A stretch of DNA of 60,216 nucleotides, filler included. It is 7 parts of 7 records of this genome, joined end to end, with 100 filler letters (N's around TTAATTAATTAA, not from the genome) between each part and the next. Parts side by side here need not be neighbours in the genome. Positions count along the whole stretch, not along the records: positions 20,983 to 27,949 come from SRR31147125_172; positions 28,050 to 33,810 come from SRR31147125_173; 5 more parts are not named here. One strand, written 5' to 3'. This document shows, piece after piece, positions 21,007-30,877 of the stretch. Made by a program: the position numbers and the translations under genes. Position 1 is the stretch's first letter; every line of letters begins with the position of its first letter. The notes beneath the pieces are model-generated. The model did no database searches and was not told the origin of the DNA. It worked only from the letters and a program-made list of their open reading frames with translations.

Positions 21007-22143
21007 TTATATCTTTTTTCCAAAAACGAGTTTAGGGGCAAGTTTCACCATCCCCGAAATCCCTACCCGTTCGTAAAAGATCTTATTGTATAGCCCCTCA
21101 ATTGTTTTGGGTGGGACATAGACCTCATCCTTTTGTTTCAATTGGAGTGCACGGGGCTTGCATTTGGATACACAGACCCCGCATCCGATACATCTATCCA
21201 GATCAATCCGCGCCTTTTTTTTGCGGATGGAGAGGGCCTCCATGGGGCAAACCCGGACGCACTGTTTGCATCCGTTGCAGTGATCAGGTGTGATGGCTGC
21301 CTGAAAATTGGAGTGGCAATACTCCGCCGGTTTGGGAAAACGCTTCATCCCGTCAAGGGCTTCACAGCAACATGCGCAACAACAACAGATAAAGTGAGGC
21401 TGTTGATTGTTTGAAGGCTGAAGCACCAAACCGCACTCTTCGGCCATTGTCAGAATATTCAACGCTTCGGTTTTGTTGATTCGGCGTCCCCGGTTCCGAT
21501 TGACCATTAGCTCTGCAGCATCATTGAACATCAGGCAGGTCTCCCGAATATCCGTCCGTTTGCAAGGGGTTGCCATCAGATCTTTTGCCTCCCGGCAAAC
21601 ACAATACATGACGGCAATGTCCCTTTCCGTCTTGATAACGATATCCTTGACATCATCGTACGTGGCAACGCGATTGGCGGGGGTGATACTCCTATTAACG
21701 GGAATTGTCCGCATTTGTGAGGTTTTTTTTGTGAAAAACTCTTTGTAGAAACTTTCTTTGGCATATGCATCGAAAATGTCGGCAAACGCTTTGGTCAGCT
21801 GCCCAGCCTGAAACTCAAACATACCGATGGCCGGCATGGCTTTGCCGTAACGTTTTTCTCCGGTTTTGGGAGACCTGGAATCCATGATGGCCCCTTTCTC
21901 CACAAGTCCGTCAAGGGTCGTTTCCAGATCAGCAACTGAAAGTCCGGTTTTCTTCAGTCGTTTATGAATTTTTGAAAGAGGTTCCGGTAGAGCATTCAAT
22001 TCCAGGGCAATTTGGGCCTCAGCTGGTGAGAACAGGTACTGAAGCAGTTTGATGTCCAGTCCGGTTGGGGATTTTGGAAATCCAACTGGCATGTTATCAA
22101 AATGTTCTTGAAGTTGACGATAGATACTTTTTTGTGGGGGCAT
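21007..22143 (-). CDS. 4Fe-4S dicluster domain protein (deltaproteobacterial type)
   Basis: CVCR, ICCCCACCC, and two ferredoxin motifs CNGCKQCVRVCP and CIGCGVCVSKC. Confidence 0.88.
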   Translation of the reverse strand: MPPQKSIYRQLQEHFDNMPVGFPKSPTGLDIKLLQYLFSPAEAQIALELNALPEPLSKIHKRLKKTGLSVADLETTLDGLVEKGAIMDSRSPKTGEKRYGKAMPAIGMFEFQAGQLTKAFADIFDAYAKESFYKEFFTKKTSQMRTIPVNRSITPANRVATYDDVKDIVIKTERDIAVMYCVCREAKDLMATPCKRTDIRETCLMFNDAAELMVNRNRGRRINKTEALNILTMAEECGLVLQPSNNQQPHFICCCCACCCEALDGMKRFPKPAEYCHSNFQAAITPDHCNGCKQCVRVCPMEALSIRKKKARIDLDRCIGCGVCVSKCKPRALQLKQKDEVYVPPKTIEGLYNKIFYERVGISGMVKLAPKLVFGKKI

Positions 22144-22316
22144 TCGAAATCCTTGTTCTCTGTTGATCAGCCTCTTTACAGCTGTTTCTTGTTATCTCTT
22201 CTGGCACAAGTTCTTATGTTCGACACTATATATTACATATTAAACTCTATGGATATGGGGCTTCCTCCATGCAGTATGGAAAATGAGAAGTTATGACTCT
22301 TGAGTTGTCATTATGA

Positions 22317-23861
22317 TCAAAAATAGTACCGAATGCCGGCATAACCCATTTTTGAGTAAAGACCGAATTCAGATTTCGGAATCACAAACAACGCTTCTCC
22401 ATCGACACTGTCTCCAAATGGAAAAAAGCCGCCAAACTCAAAAAAAAGATTTTCTTTTACATTGTATTCAACTCCCAAACGAAGATAGCTGGAAAGGTCC
22501 GTCAGATTGAGAAGCGCCTGGACACTTCCTGCGATCAGCGGGGTCACTTCATAGGTGATACTCGGAATGAGATAATGTTTCCCCAAAAGATATACTCCTC
22601 CGGCATCATAGGCGGTTGACGGCAACGTTGTGCCCGTCAATGGATTGGCGGCATACACGGTATTGAGTAAGTAGCGCTTTTCATCAGTCGTTCCCGGGGA
22701 GTTGTAATGGTACTCCAGAGCAAGATATGTGTTGTTTTCAAAGGTGTAATCAAAGCCGACGGTCAGACGGAAATAATCTTCATCATTCCGGGAAAGGGGG
22801 AGTGTTGATGGAGACGCGATGTCGGTGTCGGTAAATACATAGGCCCCTTCGATCCATACACCGGCATCGAAAAGGGCGCTGGCCATGTCTACGCCGACCA
22901 TGGCATGTCTTTGGAATTCCATGAGTATCAGGGCCATATCCGTATCCATAAAATAGATGCGGCTTCGTACATAGGCAGCTGAGTTCTTCCGCTTTCCATC
23001 ATCTCCCAACACCACTCCCAGATCGATTTCGCTCATATCTCCCATGGGGATCCGCACTCGAACAGCGTCCACACCGATTTTTTCTTCCTTGTTGAGGTCT
23101 TGAAATAGAAACGGAGAGAAAATATCCGTGGGATTGATCGCTTTTCCGCTGCCGAAGGAAATGGCTTGGCGTCCAAAATGAATATCGGCAAATGAGAGCG
23201 AGAGGTTCAGATTGAATCGATCCAAATTGTGAAACAAGGAGACATCTCGGTGATCGAAAGCGGGATCGGCATCATTCCAAATTTGATTGTCGAAGTCGAA
23301 AAGACGAAACGAGCTGCCTTGGGGAGTGATGAATCCCTTGGTGACCATAAGGGATGGATTGGCGGCAATGGGCGCAATTTCATAAGCCGCTTCAAAGGAA
23401 AATTGATCGGTCGGCTCAAAGAAAAGACGTGTCCGCACTTTGTTTTGCACCATGGTGTAGGTGTTCTCATCTTCAATGGATGATGCATCCTCAAGGGGCG
23501 AAGGCAGCGTAAGAAACGCCGGCTTTTGAATGACGACGGTGGATTTGAGGTACCCTGTCAATGACCATGCATCCCCCTGTTTTGTGATCCAACTGGTTTT
23601 AGATTTCGGTTTCGGTTTGGTTTGGAGAGCTGTTTGAGAATTACTTGTCGGTTCCCAATGGGAGTTGGCTTGTTGGTTGAGAGCAAAAAACGTTTGGTGG
23701 TGAACGTAAGGCTTTATGAGGCAATCGGTAATGTCGGTTTCAGAAAAGGAGGGGCGAGTAATGAGGCAGATCCATATGATCAAAGGAATCAGGTGAAAAG
23801 GTCTTTGTTTGCAAAAGATGACTTTGTTGATGTGTAATTGTAATCTCGTTTTGGTAAACAT
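22317..23861 (-). CDS. Putative outer-membrane beta-barrel partner of the ABC exporter
   Basis: GRQAISFG..NPTDIF..EK.GVDA motif, C-terminal YYF, last gene of the operon. Confidence 0.65.
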   Translation of the reverse strand: MFTKTRLQLHINKVIFCKQRPFHLIPLIIWICLITRPSFSETDITDCLIKPYVHHQTFFALNQQANSHWEPTSNSQTALQTKPKPKSKTSWITKQGDAWSLTGYLKSTVVIQKPAFLTLPSPLEDASSIEDENTYTMVQNKVRTRLFFEPTDQFSFEAAYEIAPIAANPSLMVTKGFITPQGSSFRLFDFDNQIWNDADPAFDHRDVSLFHNLDRFNLNLSLSFADIHFGRQAISFGSGKAINPTDIFSPFLFQDLNKEEKIGVDAVRVRIPMGDMSEIDLGVVLGDDGKRKNSAAYVRSRIYFMDTDMALILMEFQRHAMVGVDMASALFDAGVWIEGAYVFTDTDIASPSTLPLSRNDEDYFRLTVGFDYTFENNTYLALEYHYNSPGTTDEKRYLLNTVYAANPLTGTTLPSTAYDAGGVYLLGKHYLIPSITYEVTPLIAGSVQALLNLTDLSSYLRLGVEYNVKENLFFEFGGFFPFGDSVDGEALFVIPKSEFGLYSKMGYAGIRYYF

Positions 23862-23875
23862 CTGAAACGCCTGTT

Positions 23876-24568
23876 TTATTCATCCCGTACAACCTGACCG
23901 TCTTGAAGCCGCACCAGACGCCTGGCATGTTCCATGATCATGGTGTCGTGGGTGGAGAAGAGAAAGGTGATCCCAAGGGTTTGATTGAGTTGCTGCATCA
24001 GATCCAGAAGCCCCCGGCCGGTTTTGGAGTCCAGGTTGGCAGTGGGTTCATCAGCCAGCACAATATCGGGACGACTCACAATGGCCCGGGCCACCGCCAC
24101 CCGCTGTTGCTGACCGCCGGAGAGCTCCATGGGTTTTCGTCTCTCCATTCCGGAAAGTCCCACCTCCGAGAGAATTCGGCCCACCCGCTGTTGTCTTTCC
24201 TGTTTACCAATCCCCTGGAGCTGCATGATATACTCGATGTTCTCCTCCACGGTCAGCACCGGGATGAGATTGTAGGATTGAAAGATGAATCCGATGTGAT
24301 CCCGCCGAAAGTCCCCCAGCTCAGCTTCGCTCATGTCGCTGATGAGGGTGCCGCCGAGGCGAACCGTTCCTGCAGTGGGGGTATCGAGACCGCTGATGAG
24401 GTTGAGCAGCGTGGTTTTTCCGGAACCGGAAGGGCCTGCCACAGCGGTGAACTCTCCCTGTTCCACATGGAAATCAACCCCCTGGAGCGCATGGACATCC
24501 ACCCGTCCCAATCGATAGGTTTTTTCCAGCCCTTTTACATCAATGAGCATCTTCGGCATGCTTTCCAT
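23876..24568 (-). CDS. ABC transporter ATP-binding protein (LolD/MacB type)
   Basis: Walker A GPSGSGKT, LSGGQQQR, ADEPTANLD and STHD. Confidence 0.95.
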   Translation of the reverse strand: MESMPKMLIDVKGLEKTYRLGRVDVHALQGVDFHVEQGEFTAVAGPSGSGKTTLLNLISGLDTPTAGTVRLGGTLISDMSEAELGDFRRDHIGFIFQSYNLIPVLTVEENIEYIMQLQGIGKQERQQRVGRILSEVGLSGMERRKPMELSGGQQQRVAVARAIVSRPDIVLADEPTANLDSKTGRGLLDLMQQLNQTLGITFLFSTHDTMIMEHARRLVRLQDGQVVRDE

Positions 24569-24618
24569 CCTTTTGAGATTACGAACATATATGATGAGTT
24601 TGAATAACTGTACGTCTG

Positions 24619-25944
24619 TTAAAATGTCCCGCGTTTCATGGCTGTTGACGGACGCATGTTGGCGGCATGGAGGGCGGGATAGATGCCCACGATCATGGTG
24701 AACAGGATCAGTGCCAAGGGATAGGTCACAAACTGATGGGCTTCCATGACCGGGTAGATGCGATCGGTAATGGCGACATTGATAAATTCCGTATCGCTGT
24801 AGTCCAGCCCCACCCGGCTGAAAACGGCAATGAGAACAGCGCCGAGAACACCGCCTACAACGGCGCTGACGGCCCCAAGAATACCGGACTCCAAAATGAT
24901 CAAAAGGGCCAGGTTTCCCGGTCGAGTTCCCACGGCCCGGAGTACACCGAACTCAAAGGTACGTTCATACAGTGACATGAAGAGACTGTTGACGATCCCG
25001 GCTGCAACGGTGATAAAGAGGATGACACTCATGAGAAGCATGCTGATGCTGAGCCACTCCAACATGGTTTTAAGCTCCGGCATCAGCGCAAGCCAGCTGA
25101 GAATCTCCATCCCCATTGACGGCGGGGGGATTTGACGGATCCGCAAAATGCCAAACCGGATGATCGGGATTTCGAGAGAGCTGGATATCCTTGAATGTAA
25201 AGGCAATTTCATGGAGAGCATCCCCAATGTCAAGCAGCTGTTGGGCGTGCTGTAGCGGAATGAATGCCATGGAGCGATCCATTTCTCTGATTCCCAGTTC
25301 AAAGATTCCGCCGATGCGAAACATCTCTTGAGCGGTATTGCCGGTATGGGCCTGGGCTGCGGTGAGTGTTATTTTGTCCCCCACATCCACTTCCAGAATT
25401 TCGGCAAGTTTTTTTCCAATGAGGATCTTTTTTCCTTGGGTTTTCCTTTTCCCGATCTCTTTCTTTTTCGGTTTTGTCGGCGTTTTCCCATTTCTTTTCG
25501 TCCGTCATGCGTGGGGGATCCCCAGCTTAAGTAGGTGCCGTCGATGACGGCATCATCAATTTTTGAGAGATGGGATTCGGTCGCAGGATCGATACCGTAG
25601 ATCATGATACTCTGCACATTTCTCGGACTTGCGATCATGCCGAATGTTTGAACACGGCCTGTGACCGCGCGGATATCGGGGTGGGATGAGAGGCGTTCCA
25701 TCTGACGACGGGGATGGGCGATGGTGTGGGACGTCTCCAGTGTTTCCCGGAAAAGCGTGTGATGCATTTGTCCCTCTCCCATGAAGGTGGCGGTGGCCGT
25801 GCGGATCATGGTGGCTTCCCAGCCGATCAGCAATGCATCCGTAAAGATCAGAGCGGCCACTCCGACGCCGATGGCAAGGGCGGTCAGGGAGGTGCGGCGT
25901 TTATTTCTGAAGATGTTTCGCCATGCCAGTTTGAGATAGATCAT
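24619..25944 (-). CDS. FtsX/LolE-type ABC permease, split by frameshifts (probable sequencing errors)
   Basis: N-terminal LAWRNIFRNKRRT (25369-25944), middle DVGDKITL..HEI (25070-25390) and C-terminal MSLYERTFEFGVLRAVG..YPA..AA (to 24619) lie in different frames. Confidence 0.8.
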
Positions 25945-25953
25945 AAAAGTTCC

Positions 25954-27264
25954 TTAATACGTTCTCATGGCATCCACCGGCTTGATTCGCGCGGCGCGGA
26001 TGGCGGGAAGGACACTGATGAGTGTGGCGGTACCCACAATGACGGCAAAGGGCATCCAAAAGGCCTCAAAAACAAATCCGGCTTTGAATGAAGAGATGGA
26101 TATCCCGCCGATGGTCATGCTTTGGGTGACCGGAAGGCCGTATTCCACAAACGGCCAGATCATGGGAACGCTGCAAAGGGTGCCCACAACCGAGGCCGTC
26201 ACTGAGAGCAAAAGGCTTTCCAGCACAATTTGAAATAATATCCTGGAGGGCCGGGTTCCCACCGCCCGCATGACGCCGAATTCCCGGGTTCGTTCCAGAA
26301 TGGACATCAAAACGGTATTGAGGACCCCCAGTGCGACGATGAGTCCGATGATGAACAAAAAGACCCAATTGCCCTTTTTGTCGGCGGTCATGGAGCGATA
26401 AAAGAGTGCTTCCACCTCTTCCCACGGGTGGACTTCCAGATACGCCTCATCAGGGTGGTCGTTATTTTCCAGAAAGATCGTTTGAGTGAGTTTGTCCCGG
26501 ATGTCGTCGGCTACTTGCCGGGCCTGTTTGTGACTTGGGAGAATCAGGGCCATCTCATGCACTCGGGTATCCATGGCCATGAACTCTCGAACGGAATCGA
26601 TGGGGGCGTAGGCCTTGTTGCGATCGGTGGAATCCACTTCTTTTTTTAAAATGCCGACCACTGTGAATAGATCGTTGGCAATGGAGCCGTCGCTTCCTTG
26701 GGAGACCATGGCAACCTCGCTGCCGAGTTCCGCTTTGAGAATCCGTGCCACCCCATTTCCGATGAGGATTGGATTGTAAGGGGAGGCCGAATCCGATTCA
26801 AGATCGAAAGAGGTGAACTCGGAAGCATGTGCAGATTGAAATGTCGAGTTGAAAAATTCGCCTTGACCGACTTTGTCCGCCAATGTGGAGAGCCGAGGCT
26901 CCAAGATGGGATCGACACCGATGAGTTGCACACCGGTGGTTTTCTCGTCAATGAACGCAATGGCACCGCAGTAGACCCTTGGCGCAGCGGCCTGAACTTC
27001 CGGTACACTTTCAATGAGTCGGGTCAGGTTATCGCTATATTCGAAGCTTTTATGGATATTGGGGCGCTCGAGATATCCGGCCTTGTGTATCTGGATATGA
27101 CCGGTATGGGAGTGGGTGAAAATTTCGATGATATGGCCGTACCCTCCCTCGGAAAAGGCCAATGAGAGGGCCAGCAGAATGAACCCGACGATCATGGATA
27201 GGGCTGTCAACAGGGAGCGTCGTCGTTGTCGAAATAGATTTCTGAAAGCGATTTTGATGATCAT
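25954..27264 (-). CDS. FtsX/LolE-type ABC permease
   Basis: IAFRNLFRQRRRS, MSILERTREFGVMRAVG and PAIRAARIKPVDAMR. Confidence 0.92.
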   Translation of the reverse strand: MIIKIAFRNLFRQRRRSLLTALSMIVGFILLALSLAFSEGGYGHIIEIFTHSHTGHIQIHKAGYLERPNIHKSFEYSDNLTRLIESVPEVQAAAPRVYCGAIAFIDEKTTGVQLIGVDPILEPRLSTLADKVGQGEFFNSTFQSAHASEFTSFDLESDSASPYNPILIGNGVARILKAELGSEVAMVSQGSDGSIANDLFTVVGILKKEVDSTDRNKAYAPIDSVREFMAMDTRVHEMALILPSHKQARQVADDIRDKLTQTIFLENNDHPDEAYLEVHPWEEVEALFYRSMTADKKGNWVFLFIIGLIVALGVLNTVLMSILERTREFGVMRAVGTRPSRILFQIVLESLLLSVTASVVGTLCSVPMIWPFVEYGLPVTQSMTIGGISISSFKAGFVFEAFWMPFAVIVGTATLISVLPAIRAARIKPVDAMRTY

Positions 27265-27949
27265 CGGCGTTTTTTCTTTAGGTTTCTGAGTGTGAAAACC
27301 GAGCTTTTCAGGGGAACATCAAATTGTGCCGCGTGATATCGGACAATGGTTCGATGGTCTTTTTTTGTGGTGGGAATCAACTCCAATACTGTAGGAATGG
27401 TTTTACCGCCAATTGTCTTTACCTCGTTGAAGTAAAGCTCCCGAACCTTGATATCCTTTTCATCATAAAAGATTTCATTGACGGGTAAAAGGGTTTTCTT
27501 GTCGATTTCAGAGATGATTTTTCCCCAAAGAGAGACGGCATCTTCGTGGGGGATAAACTCAATGTAATAATGGTTGGGATTCTCTCCTAAAATCAGTTTT
27601 GCATCATAGTCGTCCATCCGAGTACTCTCTTTTACCAAATCATCGTTGGTGAAATCCGATCCCATCCAGCTGCCCATCATCATGCTGGGAGGGACTTTCA
27701 TCACTTTGTTGATCTTAGGGAAAAAATTCCACATCTCATTGCCGTTTCTCAGTGTGGCCACCCCTTTTTCCCTTTTGGGAGATGTAATGACGATAAACGT
27801 TTTATCGAGTCCTTCACTCCAGCTTTTCATGGTGAGGGTGCGTTTCCAGTTGGGTGTCCGGATGATCATTTCCATTTCGGCATAGGCGGTGTCGCTGCGA
27901 TAGAGGGTGTCCAGGCGATGAATGAGTGTTTTCAGGTCGATTTCATCCC
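27261..27949 (-). CDS. Outer-membrane lipoprotein-sorting (LolA-like) protein, 5'-truncated
   Basis: SWMGSDFTNDDL and FTLRNL motifs; frame open to the linker. Confidence 0.85.
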
Positions 27950-28049
27950 NNNNNNNNNNNNNNNNNNNNNNNNNNNNNNNNNNNNNNNNNNNNTTAATTA
28001 ATTAANNNNNNNNNNNNNNNNNNNNNNNNNNNNNNNNNNNNNNNNNNNN
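27950..28049. other. Artificial contig linker
   Basis: 44 N + TTAATTAATTAA + 44 N. Confidence 0.98.
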
Positions 28050-28367
28050 CCTGGCCTGCACCGGCATGGAAACGGCCGGTAATATCGATGAATTTGCTGC
28101 AGCCCTGTCCGCCCTGGATGACCAGACCGGACTGGATTTCTCCGGTGAGAACCCCCAGGACCTGATCAGGGCCCTGCGCCGGGGCGCAGCCCTCATGTCA
28201 GGTGCAGACAGCCAGGCAAAAAAGGCTGCCGCTGCCGCCCGGTCAAGGGAAAAAAGCTGAATCAGAAAATCCGGGGCCTCAAACAGGAAGTCAAAATGCT
28301 GAGGCACCAGATCGCCGTACTGGAAAACATCGAACAGGAACGCCAGGAAAAAAGGAAAACCCAATGA
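28050..28367 (+). CDS. 3' end of a QseG/YfhG-like coiled-coil accessory protein (frameshift near 28250)
   Basis: After an A-run shift it reads KLNQKIRGLKQEVKMLRHQIAVLENIEQERQEKRKTQ*, and its stop overlaps the regulator ATG (ATGA). Confidence 0.5.
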
Positions 28368-29692
28368 CGGCCAGCATATTGATTGTGGATGACGACCCGG
28401 CCATTTTAGAGGTGCTGGATGCACGGCTGGATGCCGCAGGTTTCACTGTATTCAAGGCAGGAGACGCTGCTGCGGCTGCCAGGCTGATCAAAACCCGGCC
28501 CATCGACCTCATGGTATCAGATGTCAAAATGCCGAGAAAAAGCGGGATGGACCTGTTCAAAGAGATCCGGGGAGACCGGCCCGGCCTGCCGGTTATCTTT
28601 CTGACGGCCTACGGCACCATTCCCGATGCCGTGGACGCCATGAAGCTGGGAGCGGTGGATTATATGTCAAAACCCTTTGACGGCAGGGAACTGATCACAA
28701 AAATCAGGGCTGTCCTGGCAGGGCCGGCCAGGCCGAAATCCGGCAAAGATACGGCGGATTTTATCTGGGGAAACAGCCCGGCCATGGCCGCCCTTTACCC
28801 CATGATCCAGAAGGTGGCGGCCACCCCGGTCAATGTCCTGATCCTGGGGGAAAGCGGGGTGGGAAAAGAGCGGATTGCCGCCCATATCCACAAAGAAAGC
28901 AAACGGGGCACCCGGCCCTATGTGGTGGTGGACTGCGGCTCAACACCGCCCGGCACCCTGGAAAGTGAATTATTCGGCCACCTTAAAGGGGCCTTTACCC
29001 ATGCGGTCAAGGACAAAAAAGGCCTCATTGCAACTGCGGACACAGGCACCCTGTTTCTGGATGAAATCGGAAATATCTCCCATGAAATGCAGTGCCGGCT
29101 CCTGCGGTTCCTGGAAGAGGGAAAAATCCGCCAGGTGGGGGCGGTGTCGGAAAAGAAAGTGGATGCACGGGTCATTGCGGCAACCAACGCAGATCTCGGG
29201 GAATCCATTGAGGCCGGCACCTTCCGCCGGGACCTCTATTACCGCCTCAAGGGGATTACCCTGACCATCCCGTCCTTGCGGGAACGGAAAGAAGACATCC
29301 CTGAACTCTCAAAATTTTTTGCGGATAAATACGTCAAAGCCCAGGGCCTGGACCCTGTCCGGATTTCAAAAGAGGCCATGGACGTGCTCAGGGCCCATCC
29401 CTGGCCCGGCAATATCCGGGAGCTGAAAAATGCCATTGAGGCCGGCGCCATCCTCTGCCGGAACCAGACCATCCGCCCGGAAGACCTCCAGCTGGAACAG
29501 GTCCGGGAAGAGACCGCCCTGGTGCCGGGGGAAGGCTTTTCCATTGAAGAGAGTGAAAAAAACACCATCATCCGGGCCCTGAAACAAACCAGGGGCATCC
29601 AGAAAACAGCCGCAGACCTGCTGAACATCAGCAAGCGCGCCATCCACTATAAAATAAAAAAATACGGAATCCGGCCTGCCGAATACAAATAG
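28364..29692 (+). CDS. Sigma-54-dependent NtrC-family response regulator (GlrR/ZraR-like)
   Basis: Receiver ILIVDDD..SDVKMP; AAA+ GESGVGKE, ESELFGH.KGAFTHA, LFLDEI, WPGNIREL; Fis HTH at the C-terminus. Confidence 0.93.
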   Translation: MTASILIVDDDPAILEVLDARLDAAGFTVFKAGDAAAAARLIKTRPIDLMVSDVKMPRKSGMDLFKEIRGDRPGLPVIFLTAYGTIPDAVDAMKLGAVDYMSKPFDGRELITKIRAVLAGPARPKSGKDTADFIWGNSPAMAALYPMIQKVAATPVNVLILGESGVGKERIAAHIHKESKRGTRPYVVVDCGSTPPGTLESELFGHLKGAFTHAVKDKKGLIATADTGTLFLDEIGNISHEMQCRLLRFLEEGKIRQVGAVSEKKVDARVIAATNADLGESIEAGTFRRDLYYRLKGITLTIPSLRERKEDIPELSKFFADKYVKAQGLDPVRISKEAMDVLRAHPWPGNIRELKNAIEAGAILCRNQTIRPEDLQLEQVREETALVPGEGFSIEESEKNTIIRALKQTRGIQKTAADLLNISKRAIHYKIKKYGIRPAEYK

Positions 29693-29694
29693 AA

Positions 29695-29728
29695 CAGGCC
29701 CTGTGGCAGCATTGCCGGACAGGGCCTG
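29695..29728. terminator. Hairpin between convergent genes
   Basis: caggccctgt...acagggcctg 10-bp stem with an inner ggca/tgcc stem. Confidence 0.65.
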
Positions 29729-29758
29729 ATTTACATGGAGTCTGAATGATAAATTAGT

Positions 29759-30085
29759 TTATTTTACGACTTTTGCCTCTTCAACCAGAATAATGCTGTA
29801 CTTGGCTCCTTTTTCAAGAACCCCGCGGACTTCAACGGGCTTTCCCGCCAGTTTTTCCAGTCCTGCATCGCCTTTTAGCATAAACCTGCCCCTGGGGCTG
29901 ATAAGCAAAAGGCCCGAATCGGATTTTTCAATGACGCCGCTGATATCGGCTTTTTCCCCGTATGTCAGGGTATGAATGGCCGCATCCGCCATCTTTACCG
30001 CTTCAGCCTTTTCAGCGGCCCAGCCTGCCTGCAGACCCATGAATCCCACCATCAATGCTACAATCAAATAGATTTTTGTTTTCAT
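29759..30085 (-). CDS. Small exported protein, possible OB-fold
   Basis: RBS ggag; signal peptide MKTKIY...AGWA; ISGVI..L.GK.VEVRG pattern. Confidence 0.7.
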   Translation of the reverse strand: MKTKIYLIVALMVGFMGLQAGWAAEKAEAVKMADAAIHTLTYGEKADISGVIEKSDSGLLLISPRGRFMLKGDAGLEKLAGKPVEVRGVLEKGAKYSIILVEEAKVVK

Positions 30086-30134
30086 TTTGTACTCCTTATA
30101 ATTTGTGACTCCATCACTCTGCCCCAGGGTAATA

Positions 30135-30149
30135 GCAAGCCCCATGCCA
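30135..30149 (-). promoter_or_regulatory. Sigma-54 promoter (leftward)
   Basis: Minus strand TGGCAT-GGGGC-TTGC, 50 bp upstream of the 30085 start. Confidence 0.75.
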
Positions 30150-30213
30150 CAAACATAACCAGCTGATACGTCAGCGTTTTTTCAAACCAGCCCCATTTAC
30201 CGGTTCCCAAAGG

Positions 30214-30249
30214 TGCAAAAATCGTAACCCGGGATGATAATTTCGTAAC
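30214..30249. promoter_or_regulatory. Candidate tandem enhancer (UAS) for a sigma-54 activator
   Basis: tgcaaaaatcgtaac (30214-30228) and tgataatttcgtaac (30235-30249), 21 bp apart, midway between the two sigma-54 promoters. Confidence 0.5.
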
Positions 30250-30300
30250 TCTGTGCCCGGGCCCTTCCCCCGGATCCCGTAAAATAAGGCGCTTACAGCC

Positions 30301-30315
30301 TGGCACACAAGTTGC
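30301..30315 (+). promoter_or_regulatory. Sigma-54 promoter (rightward)
   Basis: TGGCAC-ACAAG-TTGC exact consensus, 50 bp upstream of the 30366 ATG. Confidence 0.8.
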
Positions 30316-30365
30316 CCTATGGTAATGGAAAAACCGATTTAGACTCCGATAAAAAAGGATACAAA

Positions 30366-30674
30366 ATGAAAACAGAACACTCTCCGGCCTATTCAAGCGC
30401 GGAATTCCAGTTGAGCGACCCCGGGATATTTTTCCAGTTCAAGCTTCGGCAGACCGAATGCGAACCCCTGTTCGCCCTTATAAAAAAAGGATCAAGAGCC
30501 CTTTCATCCATTAAAACCGGTGATATCCTCCCGGTCATCTTTCATTTCCCGGACAAAACCATACCTGCGGAACGCCGGTCCACCCGGATCAAGTACATCG
30601 AAGACGGCAGTTCACTGGGATTTGACGACCATGTCATGGTCGCCATGGAAATTGATGTTGAGATTGAATTTTAG
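30366..30674 (+). CDS. Small PilZ-like beta-barrel protein lacking the RxxxR motif
   Basis: YSSAEF..FQFKL..GD.L..TRIKYI..F..H.MV pattern recalled from Desulfobacterales PilZ-like proteins; RBS aagga. Confidence 0.55.
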   Translation: MKTEHSPAYSSAEFQLSDPGIFFQFKLRQTECEPLFALIKKGSRALSSIKTGDILPVIFHFPDKTIPAERRSTRIKYIEDGSSLGFDDHVMVAMEIDVEIEF

Positions 30675-30682
30675 CTGAAGAA

Positions 30683-30720
30683 ATTTCAATCCTTGTTCTG
30701 GTGGATGAGGTTCACCGGTC
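30683..30720 (-). CRISPR. Single CRISPR repeat (no spacer, no second repeat)
   Basis: Minus strand GACCGGTGAACCTCATCCACCAGAACAAGGATTGAAAT fits the ~37-nt repeat family ending ATCCA.T/C..AACAAGGATTGAAA(C). It lies directly after cas4 and a leader. Confidence 0.8.
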
Positions 30721-30877
30721 CCAATCTTGACAATTTCGCCCTATTATCAATATGTTACACAAATTGTCAAAGATCGAAATTGTATTGATGGTCAGCAATA
30801 CAATGGAAAAAAATAAATAATCCAAAATAGCAGAGCAAATATAATCATTTGAATTTATGGCTAAAAACGCACTTTCT
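30721..30877 (-). promoter_or_regulatory. CRISPR leader with IHF site flanked by inverted repeats
   Basis: AT-rich. tatcaatatgtta (30745-30757) is a perfect WATCAANNNNTTR match, flanked by ttgacaattt (30727-30736) and aaattgtcaa (30761-30770). Confidence 0.7.

Noticed and set aside
23903-29647. Numerous long antisense or overlapping ORFs in GC-rich segments (e.g. 23903-24607, 26698-27165, 29239-29643)
   Set aside because: Shadow ORFs of well-supported genes on the opposite strand or frame; the same applies to those at 54755-58266 and 59486-60200.
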